From positions 288,001 to 352,000 of the forward strand of contig CAVPCR010000002.1 of assembly GCA_963702435.1 (NCBI GenBank): a stretch of 64,000 bases of DNA, read 5' to 3'. A model generated the notes under the pieces. The model searched no databases, was not told where the DNA came from, and saw nothing but the letters and a program-made list of their open reading frames with translations. Shown one piece after another: positions 31,377 to 40,805 of the stretch. The stretch comes from Candidatus Eiseniibacteriota bacterium. GTDB taxonomy: Bacteria > Eisenbacteria > RBG-16-71-46 > CAVPCR01. Position 1 is the first letter of the stretch. Each line of letters starts with the position of its first letter. Made by a program: the position numbers and the translations under genes.

Positions 31377-32449
31377 CTAGCCCTTGAGTCCGGGGGTGAG
31401 TCGCTCGCGCACGAGATCGGCGCGGAAGGCGTTGCGCTCCGTCTCGCTCATCTCGCGGCCGGCCATCTTGGTCAGATGGGCCGGCTGGGTGAGGACCAGG
31501 AGCTCGTTCAAGGCCAGGAGATCCACCGGGATGCCGATCCCGAGCGCCACGCCGAAGCGCACGGCGGACACCAGGTTGATCACCTCGGTCGCGGTCGAGC
31601 ACCCGGGCGCTCTGCAGGGTGCCGAGGGCACGAAAGATCTTGTCCTCGATCTGGAGCCGCGCTTCCTTGAGCAGGATGCGACGGGCCCGGATCTCCGCCT
31701 CCATCACCTGGCGCGTGACCTTCTCCAGGTTGTCGATGGTCTCGCGCTCGGAGACGCCGAGCGTCTGCTGGTTCGAGACCTGGAAGAAGTTGCCGAGGAT
31801 CTCCGATCCCTCGCCGTAGAACCCGCGCACCGCGAGCCCCACCTGGCTGATGCCGCGGAGCACCTGGCGGATCTTCTTGGTCAGGACGAGGGACGGCAGG
31901 TGGAGGAGGACCGAGAGCGCGCATCCCGGTGCCGACATTGGTCGGACACGCGGTCAGGTAGCCGAGGTCGTCCGAGTAGGCGAACTCGAGCGCCGCATCG
32001 AGCTGCTCCTCGATCGCGCGCACCTCGTTCCAGGCCGCATCCAGCTCGAGCCCGGGGACGACGGAGGTGATGCGGAGGTGGTCCTCCTCGTTGACCATCA
32101 CGGTGCCGTGCTCGCCCTTGGTCAGGTAGAGCCCCGCCGGCCGCGATTCGGTCACCATCTCGCGGCTGATCAGGTGCCGCTCGGCCAGGAACTGGCGATC
32201 CAGCTCCCCGAGCTCCGCCATCGGCAGGAAGACGCCGCCGCCGAGCTCCGCGGAGCTCTGGCAGGCGGTCACCACCCGGGAGACGACGACACCCATCTCC
32301 TCGTCGGCCGCGCGCTGGGTGAATGGAATGTTCTTGAGATTGCGCGCCAGGCGGACGCGGGTGGAGAGAACGAGATCGGACTCGGCGCCGGGCTCGGCGA
32401 GCCAGCGGCTCGGCTTGCCCACGAGCTCGTCCACGTGCGATGCGCTCAT
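31377..32449 (-). CDS. mcsB: Protein-arginine kinase McsB (two apparent frameshifts, near 31915 and 31595)
   Basis: [36 protein letters not shown] | [21 protein letters not shown] | LVLTQPAHL...RADLVR. Confidence 0.9.
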
Positions 32450-32480
32450 CGGGATGCCCTCGCTCTCGGCCGGACCCCGG

Positions 32481-33032
32481 TCACTTGCCGCTCCGTTCGC
32501 CGCCCGCGGCGCCGCTCGCCGGATGCGCTTCCGGTTCCTCGGACAGCCGCCGGATCGTGTCGCGGAGCTCGGCAGCGCGCTCGAACTCCTCGCGAACCAC
32601 CGCCCGCTCCATCTCGTCCTGCATCCGCCGGATCTCCTGGCGGCGCGTCGCGCGCTCGTCGTCGCCGGCCGGAGCCCTGCCCGTGTGCCGGACCGCGCCG
32701 TGCACGCGCCGGAGGATCGGCTTCAGCTGCTTCTCGAACGCTTCGTAGCAGTGCGGACAGCCCAGGCGTCCGGTCTGGCGAAACGTCGAGTAGAGGAGCC
32801 CGCAGTGGGAGCACTCGATGGCGCCCACCGCGCCCTCGCTCACGCCCTCGAGCCCCTCGAGCATCTCGCCGAGCGTCTCGGCGAGGCCGCTCTTCTTGGC
32901 CGCGGCCGGTGAAAATCCCTTGGCCTCGGCGCAGGCGTCGCACAGCGCGAGATCGACCTCGACGTTGTTCTCCCACTTCTTGATGTGGTGCTTGGCCGGC
33001 GCCTTGCCGCAATTCTGGCACTTCTTGACCAC
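32481..33032 (-). CDS. mcsA: McsA (CxxC motifs plus UVR domain)
   Basis: CQNC, CDAC, CSHC, GRLGCPHCY, HG...HTG, EEFERAAELRD. Confidence 0.92.
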   Translation of the reverse strand: MVKKCQNCGKAPAKHHIKKWENNVEVDLALCDACAEAKGFSPAAAKKSGLAETLGEMLEGLEGVSEGAVGAIECSHCGLLYSTFRQTGRLGCPHCYEAFEKQLKPILRRVHGAVRHTGRAPAGDDERATRRQEIRRMQDEMERAVVREEFERAAELRDTIRRLSEEPEAHPASGAAGGERSGK

Positions 33033-33216
33033 TAGAGTCTCTCCACGACGTTAGGAGCGCGGCGCCCCGGGCGGCGATTCACGTCGCCCCCCGCCGCCGC
33101 GGCCGGCCCACGATCCCCGGGCGCCGTCCGCGCCCCGAGCCGCCCGGCTCCCGGCCCCCTCCCCGGCCCCCGCTCCCCGCCCGGCGCGCCGGGGCTTTCG
33201 CCGTGCGGATCGCAGC

Positions 33217-33945
33217 CTACAGCTCGACCGGCCCCGCGACCCCGTCCGCGAGCCGGAACACACGATCGGCCCGCCGCGCGAGCTCGAGGTCATGCGTCAC
33301 GATGACGAGGCTCACACCCTGCCGGCGCCGGAGATCGTCGAGCAGCCGATGCAGATCGTGCGCCGAATCGCGATCGAGATTCCCGGACGGCTCGTCGGCG
33401 AGGAGGAGCCGCGGCGCGTTCATCAGCGCGCGCACCACCGCCACCCGCTGCTGCTCGCCTCCCGAGAGTTCCCCCGGCCGGTGCTCGGCCCAGCGCCCGA
33501 GCCCCACGGCCTCGAGGAGCTCCATCGCGCGCTCGCGCGCCTGGCCGAGCCCCAGTCCGGAGATGAGTCCGGGCATCATCACGTTCTCGACCGCGGTGAA
33601 CTCGGAGAGCAGGTGATGGAACTGGAACACGAAGCCCACCGTCCGGTTCCGGAACGCCGCGAGCGCCGCGTCGTCCAGATCGAACAGGCTCTGTCCGCCG
33701 ATCACCACTTGCCCGCCGGTGGGCCGATCGAGCGCGCCCAGCACATGGAGCAACGTCGATTTGCCCACGCCCGACGCGCCGACGATCGCCACGCTCTCGC
33801 CGGAACCCACCTCCAGATCCACGCCCGCGAGGACCCGGAGCGGACCGCGCGGCGTCATGAACGACTTTTCGACGCCCCTCGCTCTCAGTATAGCCCGGTC
33901 CCCTGTCGCCGACCCGCTCCCCGTCTCGCCAGCCGCTGCGTGCAT
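33217..33945 (-). CDS. lolD: Lipoprotein-releasing ABC transporter ATPase
   Basis: GASGVGKST, GFVFQFHHLL (LolD motif), LSGGEQQR, ADEPSGNLD. Confidence 0.9.
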   Translation of the reverse strand: MHAAAGETGSGSATGDRAILRARGVEKSFMTPRGPLRVLAGVDLEVGSGESVAIVGASGVGKSTLLHVLGALDRPTGGQVVIGGQSLFDLDDAALAAFRNRTVGFVFQFHHLLSEFTAVENVMMPGLISGLGLGQARERAMELLEAVGLGRWAEHRPGELSGGEQQRVAVVRALMNAPRLLLADEPSGNLDRDSAHDLHRLLDDLRRRQGVSLVIVTHDLELARRADRVFRLADGVAGPVEL

Positions 33946-33953
33946 ACCGTCCC

Positions 33954-35261
33954 TCACTCGTAGCGGATGGCCTCGACCGGGACCATGCGCCCGGCGCGCC
34001 AGGACGGATACAGCGTGGCGAGGAAGCAGATCAGGAGCCCCGCCCCGGCCACGGCCAGAAAGTCGGGCGCCTCCATCCTTATCGGCAGCTTGTCTATGAA
34101 GTACACATCTCCGGGCAGGGACACGATCTCGTAACGGCCGACCACGTAGGAGGTGACGACCCCGAGGAACGATCCGACGACTGTACCGATCGCGGCCACG
34201 ATCAGCCCCTCGAGGATGAAGATGCGCATGATCGCGCCGCTGGTCGCCCCCATGGACAGGAGCACCCCGATGTCTCGCTTCTTGTCCATGACCACCATGA
34301 AGAGCATCGAGGCGATGTTGAACGCCGCCACCAGGATGATGAGGAGCAGGACGAGGAACATGAAGAACTTCTCGATCTTCATCCACGAGAACAGGTTCCG
34401 GTTCAGATCGATCCAGTTGTTGGCGACGTAGGGCGGCCCGAGCAGGAGCTCGGCCTCGCGGCCGACCCGGGAGGCCGCGAACATGTCGGCGAGCTTCATC
34501 TCGATGCCGGTGACCCGGTCGCCCAGATCGAGGAACTCCTGGGCGGACTGAATCGAGACATAGCAGAAGCTCGCGTCATACTCGTACATGCCGGAGTGGA
34601 AGATGCCGACCACCTCGAACCGGCGGGCCAGCGGCACCGCCCCGAGCGGGGTGGACACCGTGCGCAGCGGCGAGCTCAGGATGACCGAGTCCCCCACCCC
34701 CACGGCGAGCCGGAGCGCCACCTCGAACCCGAGCACCATGCCGGCGAGATCGCTGCGGGCCGCCCCGTCGATGTCGGCGATCTCCGGGGTGACGAAGCGG
34801 GCGACCTCGGTGACCTCCCGTTCGCGGGCGAGGTCGATACCCTTCAGGACGACGCCGTCGGCGCGCCCGCCGGCGGCGAGCATCGCCTTCGAGTAGATCA
34901 TCGGCGCCACCCCGCGCACCTCGGGCAGCCGGGCGAGGCGCGCCGCGAGCGCCTCGTGATCGACGATCCCGGCCGGGTCGCGGGTCAACAGGATGACGTG
35001 CGCGTTCGCGCCCACGATCTTCGACTGCACCTCGTACTCGAAACCGTTCATCGCCGAGAGCGTGGTCGTGAGCACCCAGACGCCGACGATGACACCGCAG
35101 ATCGAGATGAGCGAGATGAGCGCGATGAAGCTCTGCCGCGGCCGCGACCACAGGTAACGGCGAGCCACGAAGAGCTCGAAGGGCGAGAAGCCGGGGATGC
35201 GGAGCGGCCGGCGGCCGGACGCGCCGCCGGGGGGCGCCGCCGCGCGCGGCGGTAGGTTCAT
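33954..35261 (-). CDS. lolC: Lipoprotein-releasing ABC transporter permease LolC/E
   Basis: FELFVARRYL, SAMNGF, GMYEYD, VAAFNI, KKRDIGVL, ATLYPSWRA. Confidence 0.9.
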   Translation of the reverse strand: MNLPPRAAAPPGGASGRRPLRIPGFSPFELFVARRYLWSRPRQSFIALISLISICGVIVGVWVLTTTLSAMNGFEYEVQSKIVGANAHVILLTRDPAGIVDHEALAARLARLPEVRGVAPMIYSKAMLAAGGRADGVVLKGIDLAREREVTEVARFVTPEIADIDGAARSDLAGMVLGFEVALRLAVGVGDSVILSSPLRTVSTPLGAVPLARRFEVVGIFHSGMYEYDASFCYVSIQSAQEFLDLGDRVTGIEMKLADMFAASRVGREAELLLGPPYVANNWIDLNRNLFSWMKIEKFFMFLVLLLIILVAAFNIASMLFMVVMDKKRDIGVLLSMGATSGAIMRIFILEGLIVAAIGTVVGSFLGVVTSYVVGRYEIVSLPGDVYFIDKLPIRMEAPDFLAVAGAGLLICFLATLYPSWRAGRMVPVEAIRYE

Positions 35262-35286
35262 GGCGGGTGGAGCGCTCACGGTGTGC

Positions 35287-36792
35287 CTATCCCGGCGTGG
35301 GCTCGACCTCCGCATCGAGCGCCACGTCCGCCGCCTCCGGTTTGAGGAGCGGGAAGAGGATGACATCCCGGATCGACTCGGCGCCGGAGAGGAGCATGGT
35401 CAGGCGGTCGATGCCGAGACCGAGGCCCCCGGTCGGCGGCATGCCGTACATGAGGGCCCGGATGTAATCGAGATCGAGCGCCTGCGCCTCCTCGTCGCCG
35501 TGCCGCCGTTTCTCCTCCTGGAGAAGCAGGGCCTCTTCCTGGGCCACCGGGTCGTTCTGCTCGGAGAAGGCGTTGGCCAGCTCCATCCCCGCGACATAGA
35601 GCTCGAATCGCTCGACCACGCGCTCGTCGTCGCGCTTCACCTTGGCGAGCGGCGAGATCTCGCGCGGGTAGTCGAGGACGAAGGTCGGACGGATGAGCCC
35701 GGGTTCGACGAACGCCCCGAAGAGCGGGTCGTAGTAGGCGGCGCGCGGCGCGTTGGCCGGCACGTCGACCTGGCGGCGGGCGGCGAGCGCGGCGAGATCG
35801 GCGACCGGGGCGGCCGTCACGTCCAGCCCGGCCGCGGCGGAAAGGGCTCCGAAGTAGGTCACCCGCGGGAAGGGCGGCGTCCAGTCGATCGTCTGCCCGC
35901 GCCAGGTCCCGGGACCGGCGAGACCGAGCTCGGCGCGGACGTGGACGAGCATCTCCTCGGTCAGGTCCATCATGCCGTGGTAGTCGGCGTAGGCCTGGTA
36001 GAGCTCGAGCATGGTGAACTCGGGGTTGTGATTCCGGTCGATCCCCTCGTTCCGAAAGTCCTTCCCGATCTCGTAGACCCGATCGAGCCCGCCGACGATC
36101 AGGCGCTTGAGATAGAGCTCGTCCGAGATGCGCAGGAAGAGCGGGATGCCGAGCGCGTTGTGACGGGTGGTGAACGGGCGCGCGAAGGCGCCGCCGTAGA
36201 GCGGCTGCAGCGCCGGGGTCTCCACCTCGAGGAAGCCGCGCCCGTCGAGGAAGCGGCGGACCGCGCTCGTCGCGCGCGTGCGCACGAGGAAGATGCGGCG
36301 GACCTCGTCGTTCGCGATCAGGTCGGCATAGCGCTGCCGGTAGCGGGTCTCGTGGTCCTTGAGCCCGTGCCACTTGGCGGGAGGCGGGAGCAGCGCCTTG
36401 GCCAGGAGCTCGCAGCCCTCCACCTGGACCGTCAGCTCCCCCGTGCGCGTGCGCATGACCGGCCCGTGCGCGGCCACCCAGTCGCCGAGATCGAGGAGCG
36501 GAAGGAGCGCGTAGGTCTCGGCGCCGAGCGCGTCCTCCTTGAAGTAGAGCTGGATCCTGGCGCCCGCGTCCTGGATCACGCCGAAGGCGGCCTTGCCGAA
36601 CCCGCGGAACGCGAGGAGCCGTCCGGCCACGTGCACGCGCGCGCCGCGCGCGATGAGCTCCTCGGCGGCGGCGTGGATCTCCGCCGGCCGGTGCGTGACG
36701 CGGGCGGCGTACGCGTAGGCGGCCACCCCCCGCGCCTTGAGCGCGGCGAGCTTCGCGAAACGGCTCTGGACCTGGTCGTTGGTGATCTTCAT
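35287..36792 (-). CDS. lysS: Lysine--tRNA ligase (class II)
   Basis: RYRQRYADL, FLEVETP, GGAFARPF, ELYLKRL, FRNEG, HNPEF, ERFEL, YGMPPTGGLGLGIDRL. Confidence 0.97.
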   Translation of the reverse strand: MKITNDQVQSRFAKLAALKARGVAAYAYAARVTHRPAEIHAAAEELIARGARVHVAGRLLAFRGFGKAAFGVIQDAGARIQLYFKEDALGAETYALLPLLDLGDWVAAHGPVMRTRTGELTVQVEGCELLAKALLPPPAKWHGLKDHETRYRQRYADLIANDEVRRIFLVRTRATSAVRRFLDGRGFLEVETPALQPLYGGAFARPFTTRHNALGIPLFLRISDELYLKRLIVGGLDRVYEIGKDFRNEGIDRNHNPEFTMLELYQAYADYHGMMDLTEEMLVHVRAELGLAGPGTWRGQTIDWTPPFPRVTYFGALSAAAGLDVTAAPVADLAALAARRQVDVPANAPRAAYYDPLFGAFVEPGLIRPTFVLDYPREISPLAKVKRDDERVVERFELYVAGMELANAFSEQNDPVAQEEALLLQEEKRRHGDEEAQALDLDYIRALMYGMPPTGGLGLGIDRLTMLLSGAESIRDVILFPLLKPEAADVALDAEVEPTPG

Positions 36793-36830
36793 CGTGGGTT
36801 CGCGGTGCGTGCGCGACGAGAGAACAGATC

Positions 36831-36859
36831 ACTCTAGTCGCTCGCCCGCAAGGCGTCAA
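36831..36859 (-). promoter_or_regulatory. sigma70-type promoter of lysS
   Basis: TTGACG-N17-TAGAGT, about 40 nt upstream of the ATG. Confidence 0.65.
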
Positions 36860-36892
36860 CCGAGGTGCGCCGAGCGGTCGGCGGCCCGCCGC

Positions 36893-37477
36893 TCACGCCG
36901 CCGGCGCGCCGAAGGCGGCCGCCACCGCGGCGCGCGGATCGGCGGCCCGCACCACCGCCACCGACTGGAAGTGGGGATTGGTGAGGAGCCCCGACAGGCG
37001 CGAGCGCGCGACGGCGATCTCCTCGGCGCGGCGCTTGATCTCGCCCGCCTCGACCCCGGCCGCGAAGCGCAGCATCCAGACGAGCGCCTTCTCGACGCGG
37101 GCCAGCTCGCGCCCTCCGAAACGGGTCTGGATCAGGCGCAACGCCGCCGCGCCCTCGATGTCGGGCTCGCTCCAGGCGACGATCCACGCCGTGCGGCCGC
37201 TCGCGCGGCCCGGCCTGTCGCTCGCGCTCGAGGCGGCCAGCTCGTAGACGTGCTTGTTCGGATTCACGAAGACGTTCGATCGCGTCACCCAGGACCCGGC
37301 GAGGGCGAGCGCCTCGGCGACCCCCGAGGCCTCGAGGCGCAGCCGCCACAGATCGCGGCGCGCGAGCTCGGCGAGCGCCCCGCCGAAACCGAGCCGATGG
37401 GTGAGCGCGTGCGCGGCGGTGAGCGCCACGGGATCGGCGCCGCGGAGCGCCACCGTGAGCGTGAGATCGATCAGCAT
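36893..37477 (-). CDS. purS: Tandem (double) PurS-like protein
   Basis: Two PurS-like halves: ADPVALTAAHAL...LGF...VNPNKHVYE and DIEGAAAL...LLTNPHFQ. Directly downstream of purQ. Confidence 0.65.
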   Translation of the reverse strand: MLIDLTLTVALRGADPVALTAAHALTHRLGFGGALAELARRDLWRLRLEASGVAEALALAGSWVTRSNVFVNPNKHVYELAASSASDRPGRASGRTAWIVAWSEPDIEGAAALRLIQTRFGGRELARVEKALVWMLRFAAGVEAGEIKRRAEEIAVARSRLSGLLTNPHFQSVAVVRAADPRAAVAAAFGAPAA

Positions 37478-38394
37478 GCCGCCCCCTTCCCGGCCGCCGC
37501 GCCGGCCGCACGCGCGTCGGGCCGCCCACCCCGGGCCCGCCGCTCGAGGTAGAGGCGCATCGAGGTGAACAACCGGAGCCCGGGCCCGGGGCCCGAGAGC
37601 ACGGCGCGATCGCCGGCGGCGGCGCGATGCCGGTCCCCCCAGGATCCCTCGACCTCCCATCCGACCTGGAACAGCCACGCCGCCCGCTCGGGATGCGGCA
37701 TGAAGGCGAGCACGTTGCCGGCGGGGTTCATGATGCCGGCCGCGTCGGCCGTCGAACCGTTCGGGTTCAGGGGGAAGCCGCGGGCCGGGCCGCCGTCGGG
37801 CGCCACGTAGCGGAAGGCGACGATCTCGGCCGCGGCGAGCGCCGCTGCTACCTGCGCATCGCGCGTCACGAAGCGACCCTCGCCGTGCGCGGCGAGGACG
37901 GGAATCACCTCGCCCAGGCCTAGCCCGAGCCCGAAGGCCGAGTCGCGTCCGCGCGCCGTGGGCGCCGTGTGGACCCAGGTGCAGTAGTAGCCCTGCCGCC
38001 CCGGCATCGCGTTCGGCGCGAGCCCCATCTCGATCCGGCCCTCGCCGTGGAGATCGGGGACGAGGCCGGCCTCGACGAGCACCTGCGCGCCGTTGCAGAT
38101 GCCGAGCACCGGACGCCCGTCGTGCGCGGCGCGGACGACGGCGGAGAGGGCGGGCTCGCGCGCGGCCACGGCGCCGGCGCGCACGCGGTCCTGGAACGAG
38201 AACCCGCCCGGGAGCACGAACCCGTCGAACTCGTCGAGATCGTGTCGCGTCCAGCGGGCGACCTCGGCGGCGAGCCCGGCCGCGGCGAGAGCGCGCGCGG
38301 TCTCGTGCTCGCAGTTCACTCCCGGGAGCTGCAGGACGGCGATCCGGAACATCGGTTCCCTTCCTCTCGTGTCGGGACCGGCGGGGCCGCTCAT
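37471..38394 (-). CDS. purQ: FGAM synthase glutaminase subunit
   Basis: LPGVNCE, PGGFSFQD, LGICNGAQVLVE, AHGEG, NPNGS, MPHPER. Alternative start at 38352. Confidence 0.94.
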   Translation of the reverse strand: MSGPAGPDTRGREPMFRIAVLQLPGVNCEHETARALAAAGLAAEVARWTRHDLDEFDGFVLPGGFSFQDRVRAGAVAAREPALSAVVRAAHDGRPVLGICNGAQVLVEAGLVPDLHGEGRIEMGLAPNAMPGRQGYYCTWVHTAPTARGRDSAFGLGLGLGEVIPVLAAHGEGRFVTRDAQVAAALAAAEIVAFRYVAPDGGPARGFPLNPNGSTADAAGIMNPAGNVLAFMPHPERAAWLFQVGWEVEGSWGDRHRAAAGDRAVLSGPGPGLRLFTSMRLYLERRARGGRPDARAAGAAAGKGAAC

Positions 38395-40805
38395 GCCAGG
38401 ACCTCGGCCAGCGCGCTCCGATGCACGGCGGCGAGGCGCGCGAGCTCGACATCCAGGAGCTCGCCCCCGGCCCGCGCGATCGTGAGGCGCGGAGCGATCG
38501 TCGTCGCCCCCACGTCCCAGGCCGGAACGCCCTGGGCGGCGAGGAGCTCGAGCGCGCCCGCGCTCCGCGCGGCGGGGACCTCGAGCACGTAGCCCGGGGC
38601 CTCGCCGAAGAGGAGCGCGGACGGAGCGAGCGCGGGCGCAACCGGGCCCAGGTCGCACGCAGCCCCGATCCGGAGCGGCCCGGCGATACCGAGGAGCATC
38701 TCGGCGAGCGCGACCGCGAACCCTCCTGCCGAGATGTCGTGCGCGGCGTTGACGAAGCCGCGCTCGATGAGATCGATGACCGCATAGAGCGCGGCGCGCT
38801 CGACCGCGAAGTCGACGGGCGGGAGCGGGCCGGCCGCGCGCGGGCCCGCGGCTCCGAGGTGCGCGAGCAGCTCCGATCCGGCGAGCTCCGGGCGGCGCGC
38901 CCCGAGGAGGAGAAGGCGCGAGCCCGGCGCCTTGACGCGGAGCGACACCGCGCGCGCCCAGTCGGCGAGCCGCCCGGCGCAGGCGACGATCGGGGATGGC
39001 GCGATGGCGCGCCCGGCGGCCGAGTGGTTGTAGAAGCTCACGTTTCCGCTCACGACCGGCACCGCCTCGTCCGCCGCATGCCGCCGCCCGATGCCGCGCG
39101 CGGCCGCGGCGATGCCGTCGACGCCGGCGATGAAGGCGGCCATCACATCGGGATTCTCCGGGCTTCCGTAGTTCAGGCAATCGGTGAGCGCGATCGGCTC
39201 GGCGCCGACTGCGGCCACGTTCCGCATCGCCTCGAGGGTCGCGTGCACCGCGGCGAGATACGGATCCACCTGCCCGTAGGAGGGGATCCCGTCCACCGCG
39301 ATCGCGAGGCCGAACGGCGCCCCGGGGACCGGCGCGATGACGCCGGCGTCGCCCTCCCCCGGACGCATCACGGCGCGCCCGCGCACGTCGGTGTCGTAGC
39401 CGCGATAGATGAACTCGCGCGAGGCGAGGTTCGGGCGGCCGAGGAGCTCGACGAGCACCGTTCCGGGATCCACCTCCGGTGCGGGCGGCACCTCCGGCGC
39501 CGGCCCGGCGAGCGCCGCGGCCGGCCGCTCGTGGTAGATGCCGGCCGTCACCACGGTCGCCGCGAGGTCCCCCACCCGCTGCCGCTTGTGCTTCAACACG
39601 AAGCGATCCGCGGCGAGCACGCGGCCGATCACCGCCGCCTGGGCGCTCGGATAGAGCGCGGGCAGCTCGAAGTCCTCGTTGTAGATGGCGAGGATCTCCG
39701 CGGCCAGGGTCTCGGGGACGACGAGCGCGAAGCGCTCCTGGGTCTCGGCGCAGGCGATCACCTCGGGCAGATGCCCCGGAGCATCCACCGGCACCGCCGA
39801 GAGATCCACCTCCATGCCCATGCCGGCGGCCGCGGCGAGCTCGACCGCGGCGCAGGCCAGCCCGCCGGCGCCGAGGTCCTTGAATCCGATCTCGATCCGG
39901 CGGCTCGCGGCGAGCGCGAACACGGCCTCGGTCGCCTCGAACAGGACGCGCTTCAAGAAGGGATCGTGCACCTGCACGGCGCCCTTCTGCTCGTGGGCGC
40001 GCTCGGCGTCGAGGGCGGCCGAGGCGAAGCTCGCCCCGCCGAAGCCGGTCATGTCGGTGGGCTTGCCGACCAGGATGAGAACGTGCTGAACGCTCCGCGC
40101 CGCGGCCGGGACGCGGCTCCGGATGATGCGCGACTCGGCACAGACCCCGAGCGCGACCACGTTCACGAGGCAGTTGTCGTCGAACGACGGGTCGAAGAAG
40201 ACATCGCCGCCCAGGTTCGGCACGCCGAGCGCGTTCCCGTACTCCATGATGCCCTGGACGACACCCTGCGCGATGTCCTTGACGCGCACCGCCTCCGGTC
40301 CGGTCGGGTCGCCGAAGCGAAGCGCGTCGAGCACGCCCACGACCTCCGCGCCCATGCAGAAGACATCGCGTACGATGCCGCCGATCCCGGTCGCCGCGCC
40401 CTCGACCGGCAGCACCTGGGAGGGATGGTTGTGGCTCTCGTGCCCGATGACGAGCGCATAGCGGACACCCTCGTGGGTGCCGAGATGGACGACCCCGGCG
40501 TCCTCGCCGGGACCGAGGATCACCTCGGAGCCCTTGGTGGGCAGGCGCGCGAGGATCTTCCGGCTCGACTTGTACGAGCAGTGCTCGCTCCACAGGATGT
40601 CGAAGAGACGCGCCTCGGTCGGCGTCGGATCGCGGCCGATCAGCCGCCCGAGCTCGCGCGCCTCGCCCACGGTGAGGGTGAGCGCGCGCCGGCGGAGATC
40701 CTCTCTGAGCGCCGCCTCATCGAGCTCGCTCCAGCCGTAGCGCGCCGGACAGCTCTTCGCGGCGCGCGCGCCGCCCGCCGCGCCCGGCTTCCGGGCCGCG
40801 CTCAT
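38391..40805 (-). CDS. purL: FGAM synthase subunit PurL (small type)
   Basis: WSEHCSYK, ESHNHPS, GAATGIGGIVRD, DLGAGGL, ETQER, DCLNYGSP, SGNVSFYN, HDISAGG. Confidence 0.96.
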   Translation of the reverse strand: MSAARKPGAAGGARAAKSCPARYGWSELDEAALREDLRRRALTLTVGEARELGRLIGRDPTPTEARLFDILWSEHCSYKSSRKILARLPTKGSEVILGPGEDAGVVHLGTHEGVRYALVIGHESHNHPSQVLPVEGAATGIGGIVRDVFCMGAEVVGVLDALRFGDPTGPEAVRVKDIAQGVVQGIMEYGNALGVPNLGGDVFFDPSFDDNCLVNVVALGVCAESRIIRSRVPAAARSVQHVLILVGKPTDMTGFGGASFASAALDAERAHEQKGAVQVHDPFLKRVLFEATEAVFALAASRRIEIGFKDLGAGGLACAAVELAAAAGMGMEVDLSAVPVDAPGHLPEVIACAETQERFALVVPETLAAEILAIYNEDFELPALYPSAQAAVIGRVLAADRFVLKHKRQRVGDLAATVVTAGIYHERPAAALAGPAPEVPPAPEVDPGTVLVELLGRPNLASREFIYRGYDTDVRGRAVMRPGEGDAGVIAPVPGAPFGLAIAVDGIPSYGQVDPYLAAVHATLEAMRNVAAVGAEPIALTDCLNYGSPENPDVMAAFIAGVDGIAAAARGIGRRHAADEAVPVVSGNVSFYNHSAAGRAIAPSPIVACAGRLADWARAVSLRVKAPGSRLLLLGARRPELAGSELLAHLGAAGPRAAGPLPPVDFAVERAALYAVIDLIERGFVNAAHDISAGGFAVALAEMLLGIAGPLRIGAACDLGPVAPALAPSALLFGEAPGYVLEVPAARSAGALELLAAQGVPAWDVGATTIAPRLTIARAGGELLDVELARLAAVHRSALAEVLA

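Noticed and set aside
33033..33216. ctsR gene or ncRNA upstream of mcsA
   Set aside because: Only about 180 nt of extremely GC-rich low-complexity sequence, with no ORF or motif support.
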